Shown here in pieces: positions 37,957-49,759 of a stretch of DNA of 64,000 bases. Each line of letters starts with the position of its first letter. Position 1 is the stretch's first letter. This stretch comes from Chiloscyllium plagiosum. Its lineage: Eukaryota. Under the pieces are notes generated by a model that was not told the DNA's origin, did no database searches, and saw only the letters and a list, made by a program, of their open reading frames with translations. Position numbers and translations under genes: made by a program. The DNA is taken from assembly GCF_004010195.1 (NCBI RefSeq), contig NC_057754.1, positions 783,318-847,317 of the forward strand, written 5' to 3'.

Positions 37957-38026
37957 TTTGGCTGTCCACCCGGATAAAGTGCGGATCGCATCAGGACAGG
38001 CAGCTGGAGTCGATAAGGATGGCAAG
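37957..38026 (+). CDS. EML3: EML3 WD40/TAPE exon
   Basis: LAVHPDKVRIASGQAAGVDKDGK; cactag / gtattg; 70 nt. Confidence 0.97.
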
Positions 38027-38489
38027 GTATTGAGTGAAGTCCCAATAGCCATTGAGGCCATGGGAAATGTGGGTTATGCTTCAGTCAGTGCAGGTTGTTC
38101 AGTTACTGTGAGTAGACAGTATCTCTCACCATCATCTCCAAACTGAAAATGGACATTTTATTCTCTGCCTTCACCCTCCACTGCTGTCTCTGGACAACTA
38201 CTGCTTTAAAACAGCCTGCAACATTTCAATCATCTTAACTTACACATAGTGATGCTGGAGCATGTTACAGTTCACACTTTGACACTTACTGTGGGGATGG
38301 AGCCTTTGGAGAGCAAGGAGGAGAGAAGCATAAAGAACAGGGGGAGAGAGACAGAATGAGCAAAAGAAAGTGGGGTAGTGAGTAAGAGATGCTGTGGCGA
38401 CTAGGACAACACTAGTGGAGTAGTGTATACCCCCCACACCTGTTCTATAGGACAGAGAACAAATCAGATGACATGGGCATGTAAAGTAA

Positions 38490-39468
38490 GCGGTCTTTAA
38501 TTGTGGGTGACTCTAATCTTTATGTAGATTGGGAAAATCAAATTGGCACAGGTAACCATGGGGAAGAATTTATAGAGTGTATTCCTTGAACAGTCTATTG
38601 TGAGTCCAACCAGGGATCAGACTGGATTGAGAATGTATAATGGGAGGAGAGTGTGAAGATGACAAAGATTTTCAGAGGGAGTTAGACAGGCTAACTGAGT
38701 GGACAGAAACTTGGTAGGTGCAATATAATGTGGGAAAATGAAAGATTCTGTACTTTGGCTGGAAGAATAGAGGAGCTGACCATTACTTAAGTAGAGAAAG
38801 ACTGTAGAAAGCTGCAGCACAGAGGATTTGAGAGTCCTTGCCCATGAATCACAAAAAGCTAGCATCCAGGCTCGTTGGGTACTAGGAAAAAGCAAATGGA
38901 ATGTTGGCCTCTAAAGGGAATAGAGTACAAAAGGGGGAAGTTTTGTGAAAACTATACAAAGCACTAGTCAGACTACAGTTGCAATATTGTAAACAGTTTT
39001 GGACCTGTTTTCTAAGAAAAGATATACTGGTATTGGAGACATTCTAGAGAAGGCTGTCTAGGCTGATACCATGAATGGAGGGGCTTTCTTATATTGAGAG
39101 GTTGAGTAGATTGACATTTAGAAGAATGAGAGGTAACTCTGTTGAAATATATAAGATTCTTAAGGGACTTGACAAGGTAGATTGTTTCCCCTTGTGAGGG
39201 TGTCTAGGGCTAGAGGGCATAATCTCAGAACAAGGTGTCACACATTTAAGACAGAGATGAGGAGGCATTTCTTCTCTGAGGGACATCAAGGTTGGGTCAT
39301 TAAATATGTTTAAGGTTGAAATAGTCTGATTTTTATTCAGAAAGGGAATCAAGGGTTATGGGGAAAAGGCAGGAAAGTGGAGTTGAATATTATCAGATCA
39401 GCCATGGAATGTGGAACAGCAGAGCAGACTTGATGGGCTAAATGGTCTATTTTTGCTCCAAAACTTTA
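38490..39468 (+). mobile_element. Old CR1 fragments
   Basis: Degenerate ORF2 C-terminus and 3' UTR (ctagagggcataatctcagaa...gagatgaggagg). Confidence 0.75.
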
Positions 39469-39650
39469 TGTGAGTGAGAGAGTGAGTGAGATGAGGGGAC
39501 TGGGGGTAATGAATGAGTAGGGTGAGAGGACTGGGGGGGACGTGAGAGTGAGGGGAGAGTACTGGGTGAAGGAGGAAGAATTGCGAGGCGGCTCTCCTTG
39601 GTCATGTTAAGATTGACTGACCGTGGTTGTTGTTGTGTTCCTTTTTGCAG

Positions 39651-39761
39651 CTCCTGTTACCTTGTGTCCACATCTGGGATTCAGTGACTTTACAAACACT
39701 GCAACACATTGGCCTAGGCAGCTTTGAGAGAGGGGTTGCTACACTCGCTTTCTCCAAGGCC
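39651..39761 (+). CDS. EML3: EML3 WD40/TAPE exon
   Basis: LLLPCVHIWDSVTLQTLQHIGLGSFERGVATLAFSKA; ttgcag / gtaagt; 111 nt. Confidence 0.97.
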
Positions 39762-40913
39762 GTAAGTCCATCACCGCATCCTCATATTCCCTTCTCTCCT
39801 GCTTCATCCCCTCCCCTCCTACTACATTTCTCATATTTCCCTCCCCTACTGTTTCATTCCCTCATAGTACCTCCCCTCCAACTCCATTTCTCACATTCCC
39901 TCTCTTCTTCCATTCCCTTACCTCTTACTCTATTCCTTCATGTTCCCTCCCCATCTCTTTCTTTCTCTCTCTCTGTTCTCTCCTCCTGTCCTCTGTGGAA
40001 GTTGCTAACTCTCTCATAAGTGTTTGCTGCTCTTTAACCTGCCTGTGATGTTTGGCACCAATCCACAGCCTTTCAAACATACAGTCTCTTTTGATCCAGT
40101 GATGAGGAATGTAGTGTTCCCCACTCAAACCTGCCATTTGGGGCAACACTTTGTTTTTCCACACTGTCCAAGTCCATTTTAAGATCCATTCCTCAGCTGG
40201 ATTGGGAACAATGTGTGATCTTTGCTAATCGATGTATAATATGGAATTTAGGAGGGGGATCTCTCTGAAGATTTCTCATTGTAACTGGTGTAGACATAGT
40301 TTGAAATTGAGTGCTGATGCATTCTGCAGTTTCCATACTCTCTCACTTTAGATGAACATTAAACCAAGAATCTGTCTGCCCTCTTGCAAGGTGGGGGGAG
40401 TGTAAAAGATCCCACGTCACTATTGGAAGAAGAGCGGGGTGAGTTCTCTGGGGTCTGCAGGCTGGTATTTATCCCTCAACAAACATCACTCTAAACAGAT
40501 GATCTGAGTCATCCTCATTGCTGTGTGTGGGAGCTTGTAGTATATAAAATCAGCTGTCGTGTCCCTATGTTACACCAGTATATTTCAAAAATACTTCAAT
40601 AATGGAAAAGCATTTGGGATATAATCTGAAGTGACAAAGCTCGTTACAGAATTTTCCTCCTCTTCTCTCACCTTCCCTCCCCTCTGCTTTCCCCCATCAT
40701 TCCCTCCTCTCTGAGTCCCTACATCACTCCCTTTACCTGTCACTCCATCCCTCTGCATCCTGTCATCACTCCCTAACCTTGTCACTGTCTCCCCTCTGTA
40801 ACTCCCAACTCCCAGTGTCCCCTTGTCACTCCCACCCTCCCTCAGACATCCTTTTCCTGAGAGGTTTCCTGCAGACCAGCCAGTGAGGCTTATGGTGCCG
40901 TTTGATTTTGCAG

Positions 40914-41009
40914 GATTCTGGTGCTTTTCTCTGTGTAGTTGATGATTCCACAGAACACATCATGTCCATCTGGGACTGTGCCAAGAGTACCAAGCAGGTG
41001 GAGATTAAG
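40914..41009 (+). CDS. EML3: EML3 WD40/TAPE exon
   Basis: DSGAFLCVVDDSTEHIMSIWDCAKSTKQVEIK; ttgcag / gtaggt; 96 nt. Confidence 0.97.
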
Positions 41010-42080
41010 GTAGGTATTTTAAACACTAGAGATGATGGGCATGGAGGCTGGGATGGGTTCTTGTAGTCAGCATAAGAGTAAACAGGTGAATTCCTTTGGG
41101 ATAGTGACTCTGTAGTGGAATGAACTATGCTTGCAGGGCTGATGTATCTCCAATATTAACCACAGAAGGTCATAGGGGTCCTGGAGCATATCTGTCAGGG
41201 GCTGCTCTGTAGCGTTGGAGGGTGCTCTGTTCTTGATCACTTTCTGTGAATCAGGGGCTTCATAAAGTGATCAACCCTAACCTAAATAATGGCTCGTGGA
41301 AATTCTGCTCAGCATGTGCATTGGGCAGGGTGCTGACTCAAATGGCCTCTGGCTACTCACCAAGTCAGAGCAATGCTGGAGTGGAGACAGGCCAATAGGA
41401 AACCTACCATTTGATGAGGGGATGAACCATGATTTAAAATGCTGTCTTCTACACAAACTTACTGTGGGGACATTGTTTAAGCTGTTCTGGCTCAGTGCAG
41501 GCTCTGATAGCTACTTCCCATTACAGAGCAGTGGTGATAGTTCCTTTAGCCAGGTTGTTTCCAGACACAGCTAAATATTACGAGGAGCTGAAGAGGGACA
41601 TGGAAATTAGGTCATGTTCATGTTCAAGGTGTGAAGGAGTTAATTGCCATCAGCAGTGTGAATAGGCATGGTTCTGGAATATTGAGGCCTCCCAGATGGA
41701 GTCGGGGCTTTCAGTCTGATTACTAGAATAGAAATCATGCTGAGTGAGTGAGAAACCCTTTCCACTAAACATAGGACATTGACTGAAGAGACCAGAGGGG
41801 GAAAGAGTATCACCTTTTTTGACACAATGTGTTTTGCGAATTGGAATACCCTGAAAGCAGATTCATTAGGAACTTTGAAGAGAGAATTACAGAAATAATG
41901 GAAAAGATATGTTTTCAGTACTATTAAGAAAGATTAAAGAGGTGTAGCCTTATTTGGGTAGTTCTAATGAAGAGCTAGCACAGACCCAGTAGGATGAATG
42001 GCCATCTGTACCGTAGAATGCTTATGGTCTTATGGAATTGATGTCAGATGCTAATCTCCACTGTGGTCTCACCCTGACAG

Positions 42081-42215
42081 ACAACCAATGAGGCAGTGTT
42101 CGAGGTAGAGTTTCACCCAACCGACAGCTCAAGTGTTGTCACCTGTGGCAAATCACATGTCTACTTCTGGACTTGGACTGGCTCCTGCCTCACCAAAAAG
42201 CAGGGCATCTTTGGG
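42081..42215 (+). CDS. EML3: EML3 WD40/TAPE exon
   Basis: TTNEAVFEVEFHPTDSSSVVTCGKSHVYFWTWTGSCLTKKQGIFG; tgacag / gtaagt; 135 nt. Confidence 0.97.
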
Positions 42216-42439
42216 GTAAGTTATGCTATACCACAGCCTGACTAACAGTTAGATATTCCCTATTGTGTCAGTGCATCAGACTGTACTCTCTAATGGTAAC
42301 ACCTGATTAATCAACCACTGTGCTCTGTACCAACTCTGTGCACTGAATTCAAACGGTACTCTTTAAACAGTCACTCTTTACTAACTGGCATTCTGTACTG
42401 GTGAGTTCAGACTACACTCTAAATGGTCACTCTGTAGCA

Positions 42440-45430
42440 GATGCCAAGATAAGGAATTTGTGGAATGTCTACAAGAGATTTTTTTTAAAGCAGACTGTGG
42501 TGGAACCCACCAGAGAACAAGCAATTCTGGATTAGACATGTGTAATGAGGCAAACGTGATTAGGGTGCTGAAGGTGAAGGAACCCTTAGAGGGCAGTGAT
42601 CATAATATGATAGGATTCACCCTACAGTTTGAGAGAGAGAAGCTGGAATCAAACCTGGGTTCCAGGTGCTGTGAGGCAGCAGTGCTAACCACTGAGCCAC
42701 TGTGCCATCTGTAGAATCTGTTAGAATTCTTTGAGGAGGTAACAAGCAAGTTAAACAAAGGAGATCCAATGGATGTGGTCTATTTGGATTTCCGAAAGGT
42801 CTTTGACAAAGTGCTGCACAGGAGGCTGCTAAGTAAAATAAGAGGTGGGAACAAGGTATTGGCATGGGATAGAGTATTGGCTGATTGGCAAAAGGCAGAG
42901 AGTGGCATTAAAGGGGTCATTTTCAGGATGGCAGCCAATGATGAGTTGATTCAGCAGGGCTTAGTATTGGAACCACAACTATTCACATTATACATTAACG
43001 ATCTAGATGAAGGAACTGAGGGCATTGTTGCTAAGTTGGAAAATGACACAAAGGTAGATGGAGGGGCAGGTTGTGTTGAGAAAGCAGGGCGGCTATTTGG
43101 ACATGGACTTGGACATGCAAGAAGAGTGGGCAAAGAAGTGGCAGATGTAATACAGTGTGGGAAAGTGTAAGGTTATGCACTTTGGTAGGAAGAATAGAGA
43201 TGTAGACTATATTCTAAATGGGGAAAGGCTTTGGAAATCCAAACCACAAATGGACTTGGGAGTCCTGGTTCAGGACTGTCTAAAGTTAACATACAGGTTC
43301 AGCTGGGGTTTAGGAGGTCAAATGCAACATTAACATTCTTTTCAAGAGGGCTAGAATACAGAGCAAGGATGTACTGCTGATGGCTGTGTAAAGCTGTGGT
43401 CAGACTGTATTTGTAAATATTGAGAGCAGTCTGGATGTAGGTTTGCTTGCTGAGCTGGAATATTCGTTTTTAGACATTTCGTCACTATACTAAGTAACAT
43501 CTTTAGTGAGCCTCTGAATGAAGCACTGGTGGTGTAGTCCTCTTTCTATTTATATGTTTGAGTTTCCTAGGGTTGGTGATGTCACTTCCTATGGTGACAT
43601 TATTCCCTATGGTGATATCATTTTCTGTTCTTTTTCTCAGGGGGTGGTAAGTAGAATCCAAGTCAATGTGTTTGTTGATAGATTTCTGGTTGGAATGCCA
43701 TGCTTCTAGGAATTCTCATGTGTGTCTCTGTTTGGCTTGTCCTAGAATGGATGTGTTGTCCCAGTCGAAGTGGTGTCTTTTGTCATTTGTATGTAAAGAT
43801 ACTAGTGAGAGAGGGTCATGTCGTTTTGTGGCTAGTTGATGTTCATGTATCCTGGTGGCTAGTTTTCTGCCTGTTTTGTTACTGTTCTTGCTAGGTATTT
43901 TGTAAATGACAGTAGTTTTGCTTGTTATTTGTACGAGGTCTTTCAAGTTCATTAGCTGCTGTTTTACTGTGTTGGTGGGTTTGTGGGCTACCATGATGCC
44001 AAGAGGTCTGAGTAGTCTGGCAGTCATTTCTGAGATGTATTTCATGTAGAGGAGAGTGGCTAGGGTTTCTGGGTGTGTTTTGTCTGCTTGTTTGGGTTTG
44101 TTGCTCAGAAATCAGCAGACTGTGTTCAATGGCACCAGTTCTTTTTGAATACATTGTATAGGTGATTTTCCTCTGCTCTTTGTAGTTCCTCAGTGCTGCA
44201 GTGTGTGGTGGCTCGTTGAAATAATGTTCTATTGCAGCTTCGTTTGTGGATGTTGGGATGATTGCTTCTGTAGTTCAATATTTTGTCCGTATGTGTTGTT
44301 TTCCTGTAGACACTGGTTTGAAGTTGCCCATTGGCTGTTTGCTCTACTGTGACATCTAGGAATGGCAGTTTGTTGTTGTTTTCCTCCTCTTTAGTGAATT
44401 TTATACCAGTAAGGGTATTAATGATGGTCTTGAAGGTTTCCTCTAATTCCTCTAACTCCTCTAACTAACATATAAATAGAAAGCGGGCTACACCACCAGT
44501 GCTTCATTCGGAGGCTCATTGAAAATGTTTCCTAGTATTGTGACGAAATGTCTGAAAACGAACCTTCAAGCTCAGCAAGCAAACCTACAGCCTGAACCTC
44601 AACCTGTGCTACAAATCTTCTCAAAACTCATTGAGAGCAGTTTTGGGCCACGTATCTCAGGAAACTGTGCTGGTATTGAAGAGTATGGCAAGAGGAGGCT
44701 TATAGGAGGGATGAAGGACTGGTCATAGAGGTATGGTTAAGGACTCTGGGTCTATACTCAGTGGAGTTTAGCAGGATGAGGGGCATCTGATTGAAACTTA
44801 GAGGCCTGAATAGAGTGGATGTGGAGAAGATGTATTAGTAGGACAGACTATGACCCAAGGGCACAGCCTTACAATGAAGGAATGACCCTTTACAACTGAG
44901 CTCAGGAGGAATTTCTTCAGCTGGAGTGGTCAATCTGTGGAACTCATTACCACAGAAGGTTGTGGTGGCCTGGTTATCGAGTGTATTTGAGAGAGAGATA
45001 AATAGGTTCTTGATTAGTAATTGTATCAAGGGTTAAGGAGAGAAGGCAGGAGAATGGGGTTGAGAAACCTATCAGCCATGATTAAAGGCAGAGGAGACTT
45101 GATAGGCCCTATAGCCTAATTCTTCACCTTTACCTAATGGTCTTATAGGAGAGAGTGGGACCAGAGGGCAAAATCTCAGAGTAAGGGATCACCAACCAAG
45201 GACAGAGATGAGGAGGATTCCCCCACTCCGAGTGTTTGGATCTGTGGAATTCTTTACCATGGAGCCTGAGTCCTTGAGGATATTCAAGGAAGAGATAGAC
45301 AGATGTTTAATCAGTAAGAGAATCAAAGGTTATGGTGATAAGACAGGAAAATAGGACTTGAGGATTTTAAGATCAGTCACTGTCTCATTGAATGGCAGAG
45401 TATATTAGTCTACTGTTACTTCTACATCTT
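42440..45430 (+). mobile_element. Old CR1 fragments, interrupted by a Penelope element and an HE1 fragment
   Basis: MDVVYLDFRKVFDKVLHRRLL, LFTLYINDLDEG; the ...YCEQFW-like segment is split at 43430/44641. Confidence 0.85.
43431..44629 (-). mobile_element. Penelope-like element (second family) with inverted pLTRs and 12-bp TSD
   Basis: GIY-YIG peptide VIYKIPSKN...TGRKLATRIHEHQLA...HHFDWDNTSIL; 43431-43560 and 44467-44592 are inverted copies; ATTGAGAGCAGT at 43419-43430 and 44630-44641. Confidence 0.92.
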
Positions 45431-45663
45431 ATCCTCTAATATTCGATGCTGTGACCATGCTGCAAATTATTTTAGTTCATACCACCCTCTTTTGTTGAAT
45501 AGTTTCTGTAACCCATGGGCTGCCCTGCCTCAGCTGTGAGAAACCGGAAAGCTGGTGAAGCGACAAAGTGATATAGTGAGGAGAACTGACCTTCTGTTGG
45601 TGATAATACAGTGACAGGAAGCGCAAATTTGCAGCTGAATTTGTTTCCTCTTTCATTTTACAG

Positions 45664-45802
45664 AAATACAAGAAACCCAAATTTATTCAGTGTTTTGTGT
45701 TCCTGAGAAATGGGGATGTGCTGACTGGCGACTCAGAGGGAAATATCCTCCTATGGGGTAAAGCAGCTGCAGACATCAAGACATTGGGCAAAGGAGCCAA
45801 AG
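45664..45802 (+). CDS. EML3: EML3 WD40/TAPE exon
   Basis: KYKKPKFIQCFVFLRNGDVLTGDSEGNILLWGKAAADIKTLGKGAK; ttacag / gtactt; 139 nt. Confidence 0.97.
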
Positions 45803-46075
45803 GTACTTGTCAGCCGTCTCTACCACTAGGGCTTGCCCTGGTTTCTGTAAGGGACATGAACATAAACTACTACTCACTGACTTGTCAGAAGTGAAACAAG
45901 CACGCTCTCCACAAATAATGGCAAGAATGTGTGTTTTACATATAGCAAGGTTTCAAGCAGCAGGATGCAGTGAGTAGTTTGCTTACATCTGTGGAAGGCA
46001 TCTCTCACTTGGTGTGGAATCAGCTGGTGTGGTTAAGATGTTATATTTTATATTATAATTATCTCAGTCAGCTTT

Positions 46076-46412
46076 CATAGCATCCCTACACTGTAGAAGC
46101 AGGCCACTCGGCCCATTGAGTCCACATCATCTCTTCAAACAGCATCTGACCCGGACCCATCCCCGACACTATCCCTCTAACTGCATTTCCCATGGTTAAT
46201 CCACCTAGCCTGCAGAACCCTGGGCCCAAAGGGCAATTTAACATCGCCAGTTCACCTAACCTGCACAACTTTGGACTGCGAAAGGAATCAGATCACTCTG
46301 GGAAATCCCATGCAAACACGGGGAGATCATGCAAACTCCACACAGACAATCACTGGAGGTGGCGCTGTGAGGCAGCAGTGCTAATCACTGACACACTGTG
46401 CTACTGCCACCC
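46076..46412 (-). mobile_element. HE1-type V-SINE (older)
   Basis: gcaaactccacacagaca...gctgtgaggcagcagtgcta reverse-complement signature. Confidence 0.85.
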
Positions 46413-46825
46413 CCCTCCCCCCTCCCCCACAAAGGTTGTGGATTCAAGGCTCACTCTGGAGACATGAATACAAAATCTGGACTGACAGATCCCTGCACTG
46501 TCGGATAGTCAGTGCTGAGGGAGTGCCACACTGTCAGAGAGTCAGTACTGAAGGAGCGCTGCACTGTTGGAGGTTTAGCGCTGAGACAGCACCATACTGT
46601 CAGAGGGTCAGTGCTGAGATAGAACTGCAGTGTCAGAAAGTCAGCAATAAAGGAGCTCCACGCTGTCGGATGGTCTCTATTGCATGATCAGAGGTACTGT
46701 GTTTCAGATGAAACATTAATTTCAGACCCCATTGTCCTCTTGGGTAGGTGTAAAATGTTCCAGAGCCACCACTGGGAGAAGAGCACGAGGTATCTCTCCA
46801 GTGTTCTGGGCCAATATTTTTATGC

Positions 46826-47164
46826 CAGTGGTTAGCACTGCTGCCTCACAGCGCCAGGGACCCGGTTTCGAATCCAGCCTTGGGCGACTGTCTGTGTGGA
46901 GTTCGCACATTCTCCCTGTGTCTGCATGGGTTTCCTCCGGGTACTACGTTTCCTGCCACAAGCCAAAGATGTGCAGGCTAGGTGAATTGGCCATGCTAAC
47001 TGTCCACAGTGTTCAGGAATGTGTAGGTTAGGTGTATTAGTCAGGAGCAATGTAAAGTAATAGGGTAGGGGAATGGGTCTGGGTGGGTTACTCTTCGGAG
47101 GGTTGATGTGGACATGTTGGGTCAAATGGCCTGTTTCCACACTGTAGGGATTCTATTCTATTCT
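46826..47164 (+). mobile_element. HE1-type V-SINE nested in the DeuSINE
   Basis: cagtggttagcactgctgcctcacagcgcc...gggtttcctccgggt...ccacactgtagggattctattctattct. Confidence 0.9.
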
Positions 47165-47192
47165 TAGCAAACATCACCAAATCAACAGACCA

Positions 47193-47421
47193 AATGAAAC
47201 AAAAACTGAAGTTGCTGGAAAAGCTCAGCAGGTCTGGCAGCATCTGTGAAAAGAAATCAGAGTTAACGTTTCGGGTCCAGTGACCCTTCCTCAGAACTGT
47301 ACTGAGGAGGGGTCACTGGACCTGAAGAGTTAGCTGATTTCTCTTCATAGACACTGACAGACCTGCTGAGTTTTTCCAGCAGTTTCTGATTTACAGCATC
47401 TGCAGTTCTTTTTGTTTTCAG
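47193..47421. mobile_element. Palindromic non-autonomous Penelope-type element with back-to-back hammerheads; TSD CAGACCA
   Basis: Arms 47210-47297 and 47301-47385 are reverse complements; CAGACCA at 47186-47192 and 47422-47428. Confidence 0.85.
47261..47298 (-). ncRNA. Minimal type-I hammerhead ribozyme motif, intact
   Basis: Minus strand: AGTT-CTGAGGA-A-GGGTC-ACTG-GACCC-GAAA-CG-TT-AACT (4-bp stem I, 5-bp stem II, palindromic ACGT stem III). Confidence 0.82.
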
Positions 47422-47637
47422 CAGACCATCTGATCTGTTACACGGCTGACTGTGGAGCTTGCTGTGTACAAACTGGTTGCCGCGTTTCCTACATTGTAGT
47501 AGTGACACCGTTTCCAAAGTAAATCATTGTTTGTAAAGGGCTTTAGTTTGTACAGAAAGGTTGAGAGTTGCTGGAAGAAATTGGAGTTTCAATGAACATG
47601 TCACAGGAGTCTCTTAAATTCTCTGGTGCTGTTTCAG

Positions 47638-47789
47638 AAACTTATCAGATTGCCAAACAAACAAAGGCCCACGAGGGCAGTATTTTCACCCTCTGCATCA
47701 TGAGAGATGGCACGCTGCTCAGTGGAGGAGGGAAGGACCGCAAAATCATCCACTGGAACCTGAGCCTTACAACAGATCAAGAAACTGAG
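47638..47789 (+). CDS. EML3: EML3 WD40/TAPE exon
   Basis: (E)TYQIAKQTKAHEGSIFTLCIMRDGTLLSGGGKDRKIIHWNLSLTTDQETE; tttcag / gtgagg; 152 nt. Confidence 0.97.
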
Positions 47790-48011
47790 GTGAGGCAGAC
47801 ATGCATTATTAAAATGTGAGGAGGAGAGAACACCAGCAAGTGGAGGGAATGAGGGAGTGGCTGAAGGAAGGGGCAAGTGAGGGATGAAACCGAAGTGAAG
47901 TGGATATGGTGAACTTCGTGATTAAACTGAAGAAGCACTTCATTATTGTTGAGGTTATTATTTGGATTGCCTTAAGTTGTGAAAGAATATCAAAGCTGCT
48001 TTGTATTGTAG

Positions 48012-48137
48012 ATCCCCGAGCGATTTGGTGCTGTGCGTACTATTGTGGAAGGACAAGCGGACGATCTCCTAATCGGAACCACACGGAATGCCATCCTGAG
48101 GGGCAGCTTTACTGAACCCTTTACTCCCATCGTGCAG
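48012..48137 (+). CDS. EML3: EML3 WD40/TAPE exon
   Basis: IPERFGAVRTIVEGQADDLLIGTTRNAILRGSFTEPFTPIVQ; ttgtag / gtcagt; 126 nt. Confidence 0.97.
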
Positions 48138-48333
48138 GTCAGTGCAGAACAATAGGAGTCTGGCTCATCCCCCCACTCCTTCAAAACTTGGGGGTGATCA
48201 TTTTTGTTGTATGCAGGATATTAAGAACAACAGAGCCAAGGTTAGCGAAGGGAGCTAAGGTACAGATTGACCTATGAGTTAACTGTTATGGAGAGGTTTT
48301 TCCATGTGGTTATGCTTTGTGGTTCACTTGCAG

Positions 48334-48465
48334 GGTCACACAGATGAACTGTGGGGATTGGCCACGCACCCATTCCAAGATCTTTTCCTGACATGTGCAC
48401 ACGACAAGCAGGTGTGTCTGTGGAATCAGGAGCAGCATATGCTGGAATGGAGTAAAACGCTGGAG
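48334..48465 (+). CDS. EML3: EML3 WD40/TAPE exon
   Basis: GHTDELWGLATHPFQDLFLTCAHDKQVCLWNQEQHMLEWSKTLE; ttgcag / gtgaga; 132 nt. Confidence 0.97.
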
Positions 48466-48570
48466 GTGAGAGGGAAAACCTTGCACACTGACTCTTGAGT
48501 GAAAGTTCCTTGACCTACAATGAGAGGAGGGGGGACCTTTCATCACACCAGAGTCTGGCTATTGTCCCTG

Positions 48571-48709
48571 GAGAAAGTGAGGGCTGCAGATGCTGGAGAT
48601 CAGAGCTGAAAATGTGTTGCTGGAAAAGCGCAGCAGGTCAGGCAGCATCCAAGGAACAGGAGAATCGACGTTTCGGGCATATGCCTTTCTTCAGGAATCA
48701 ATTCTGAAT
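48571..48709 (-). mobile_element. Short Penelope-derived insertion with hammerhead and 17-bp TSD
   Basis: TCTGGCTATTGTCCCTG at 48554-48570 and 48710-48726; minus strand 48663-48698 ATTC-CTGAAGA-A-AGGC-ATAT-GCCC-GAAA-CG-TC-GATT. Confidence 0.9.
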
Positions 48710-49759
48710 TCTGGCTATTGTCCCTGCCTGGAAAACACTTCCTGGGAAGTACTGCTCCCCTCTACCTCAGTTTAAGGGCAATTGGGGATGGGCAACAAAA
48801 GTTGACCCAGTCAGTGACGTTCACATTCCAGGAGGGAATAAAGGAAAGGTTTATGTCAAAAAGTTATACAGCATGGAAACAGACCCTTTGGTTCAATCAG
48901 TCAATGCCAACCATGTTCTCAAACTAAACCAGTGCCACCTGTCTGCACTTGGCTCCTATTCCTCCAAACTTTTCCTATTCATGAACTTATCCAAATGTCT
49001 TTTAAATGTTGTAACTGTACCCACATGCACCATTTTCTCTGGGAGTTCATTCCACATGTGAAAGAGTTGCCCCCTCATGTGCTTTTTAGATCTTTCTCCC
49101 CTCACCATAAAAATATACCCCCTAGTTTTCAACTCCCCCGCCCTAGGGAAAAGACCCTTGTCATTACCTTATCTAAATCCCTCATGATTTTATAAACCTC
49201 AATAAGATCACCCTTCAACCTCCTATGCACCAGTTTAAAAAAAAGTCCCAGTCTCTCTCGTCTACTTTTTTATATCTTATATATCTTTTATATCTTAACC
49301 CTTCCATTTCTGGCAACCTCCTGGTAAATCTTTTCTGAACTCTGTCCAGTTTAATAATATCCTTCCTATAATAGGGCGACCAGAACTGCACATAGTATGT
49401 GTTTCTATCACTCCTGCCCGCTGCCCTATTACAAGAATGATCCTTTTGTTCTTTCCTCAATCTCCAGCCCACACATTCTGTGTCTGCAACTGCCTGACCC
49501 ATTTAAACCTCCAACCACTTCAAGTTCTGATCAAAGGTTCTGACCATTAATTCTGTTCTTCCCCTTTCAGACTGCCCCTGTGCACGCGCTCTCTCTTCTC
49601 TCTCCCCCCCCCACTCCCCTCCCCACTCCCCTCCTTTCTGTCTCTCATTTTCTCCTTTATCATAAGCAGGAATCCTGGACTCAGTTTCTAACATTCCTTA
49701 TCCAAAAGCTGAGAGGCGATTTAAGCAGCAGTCATGCTAATTACAGCATTGAATAACAG

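Larger units (their letters stand above)
46430..47570 (+). mobile_element. DeuSINE/SacSINE1-like element with ~6 internal minisatellite units, split by two later insertions
   Basis: B-box-like GGATTCAAGGC, spacer, repeat units 46493-46672, Deu-like core to 46825; tail resumes 47165-47192 and 47422-47570. Confidence 0.8.
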
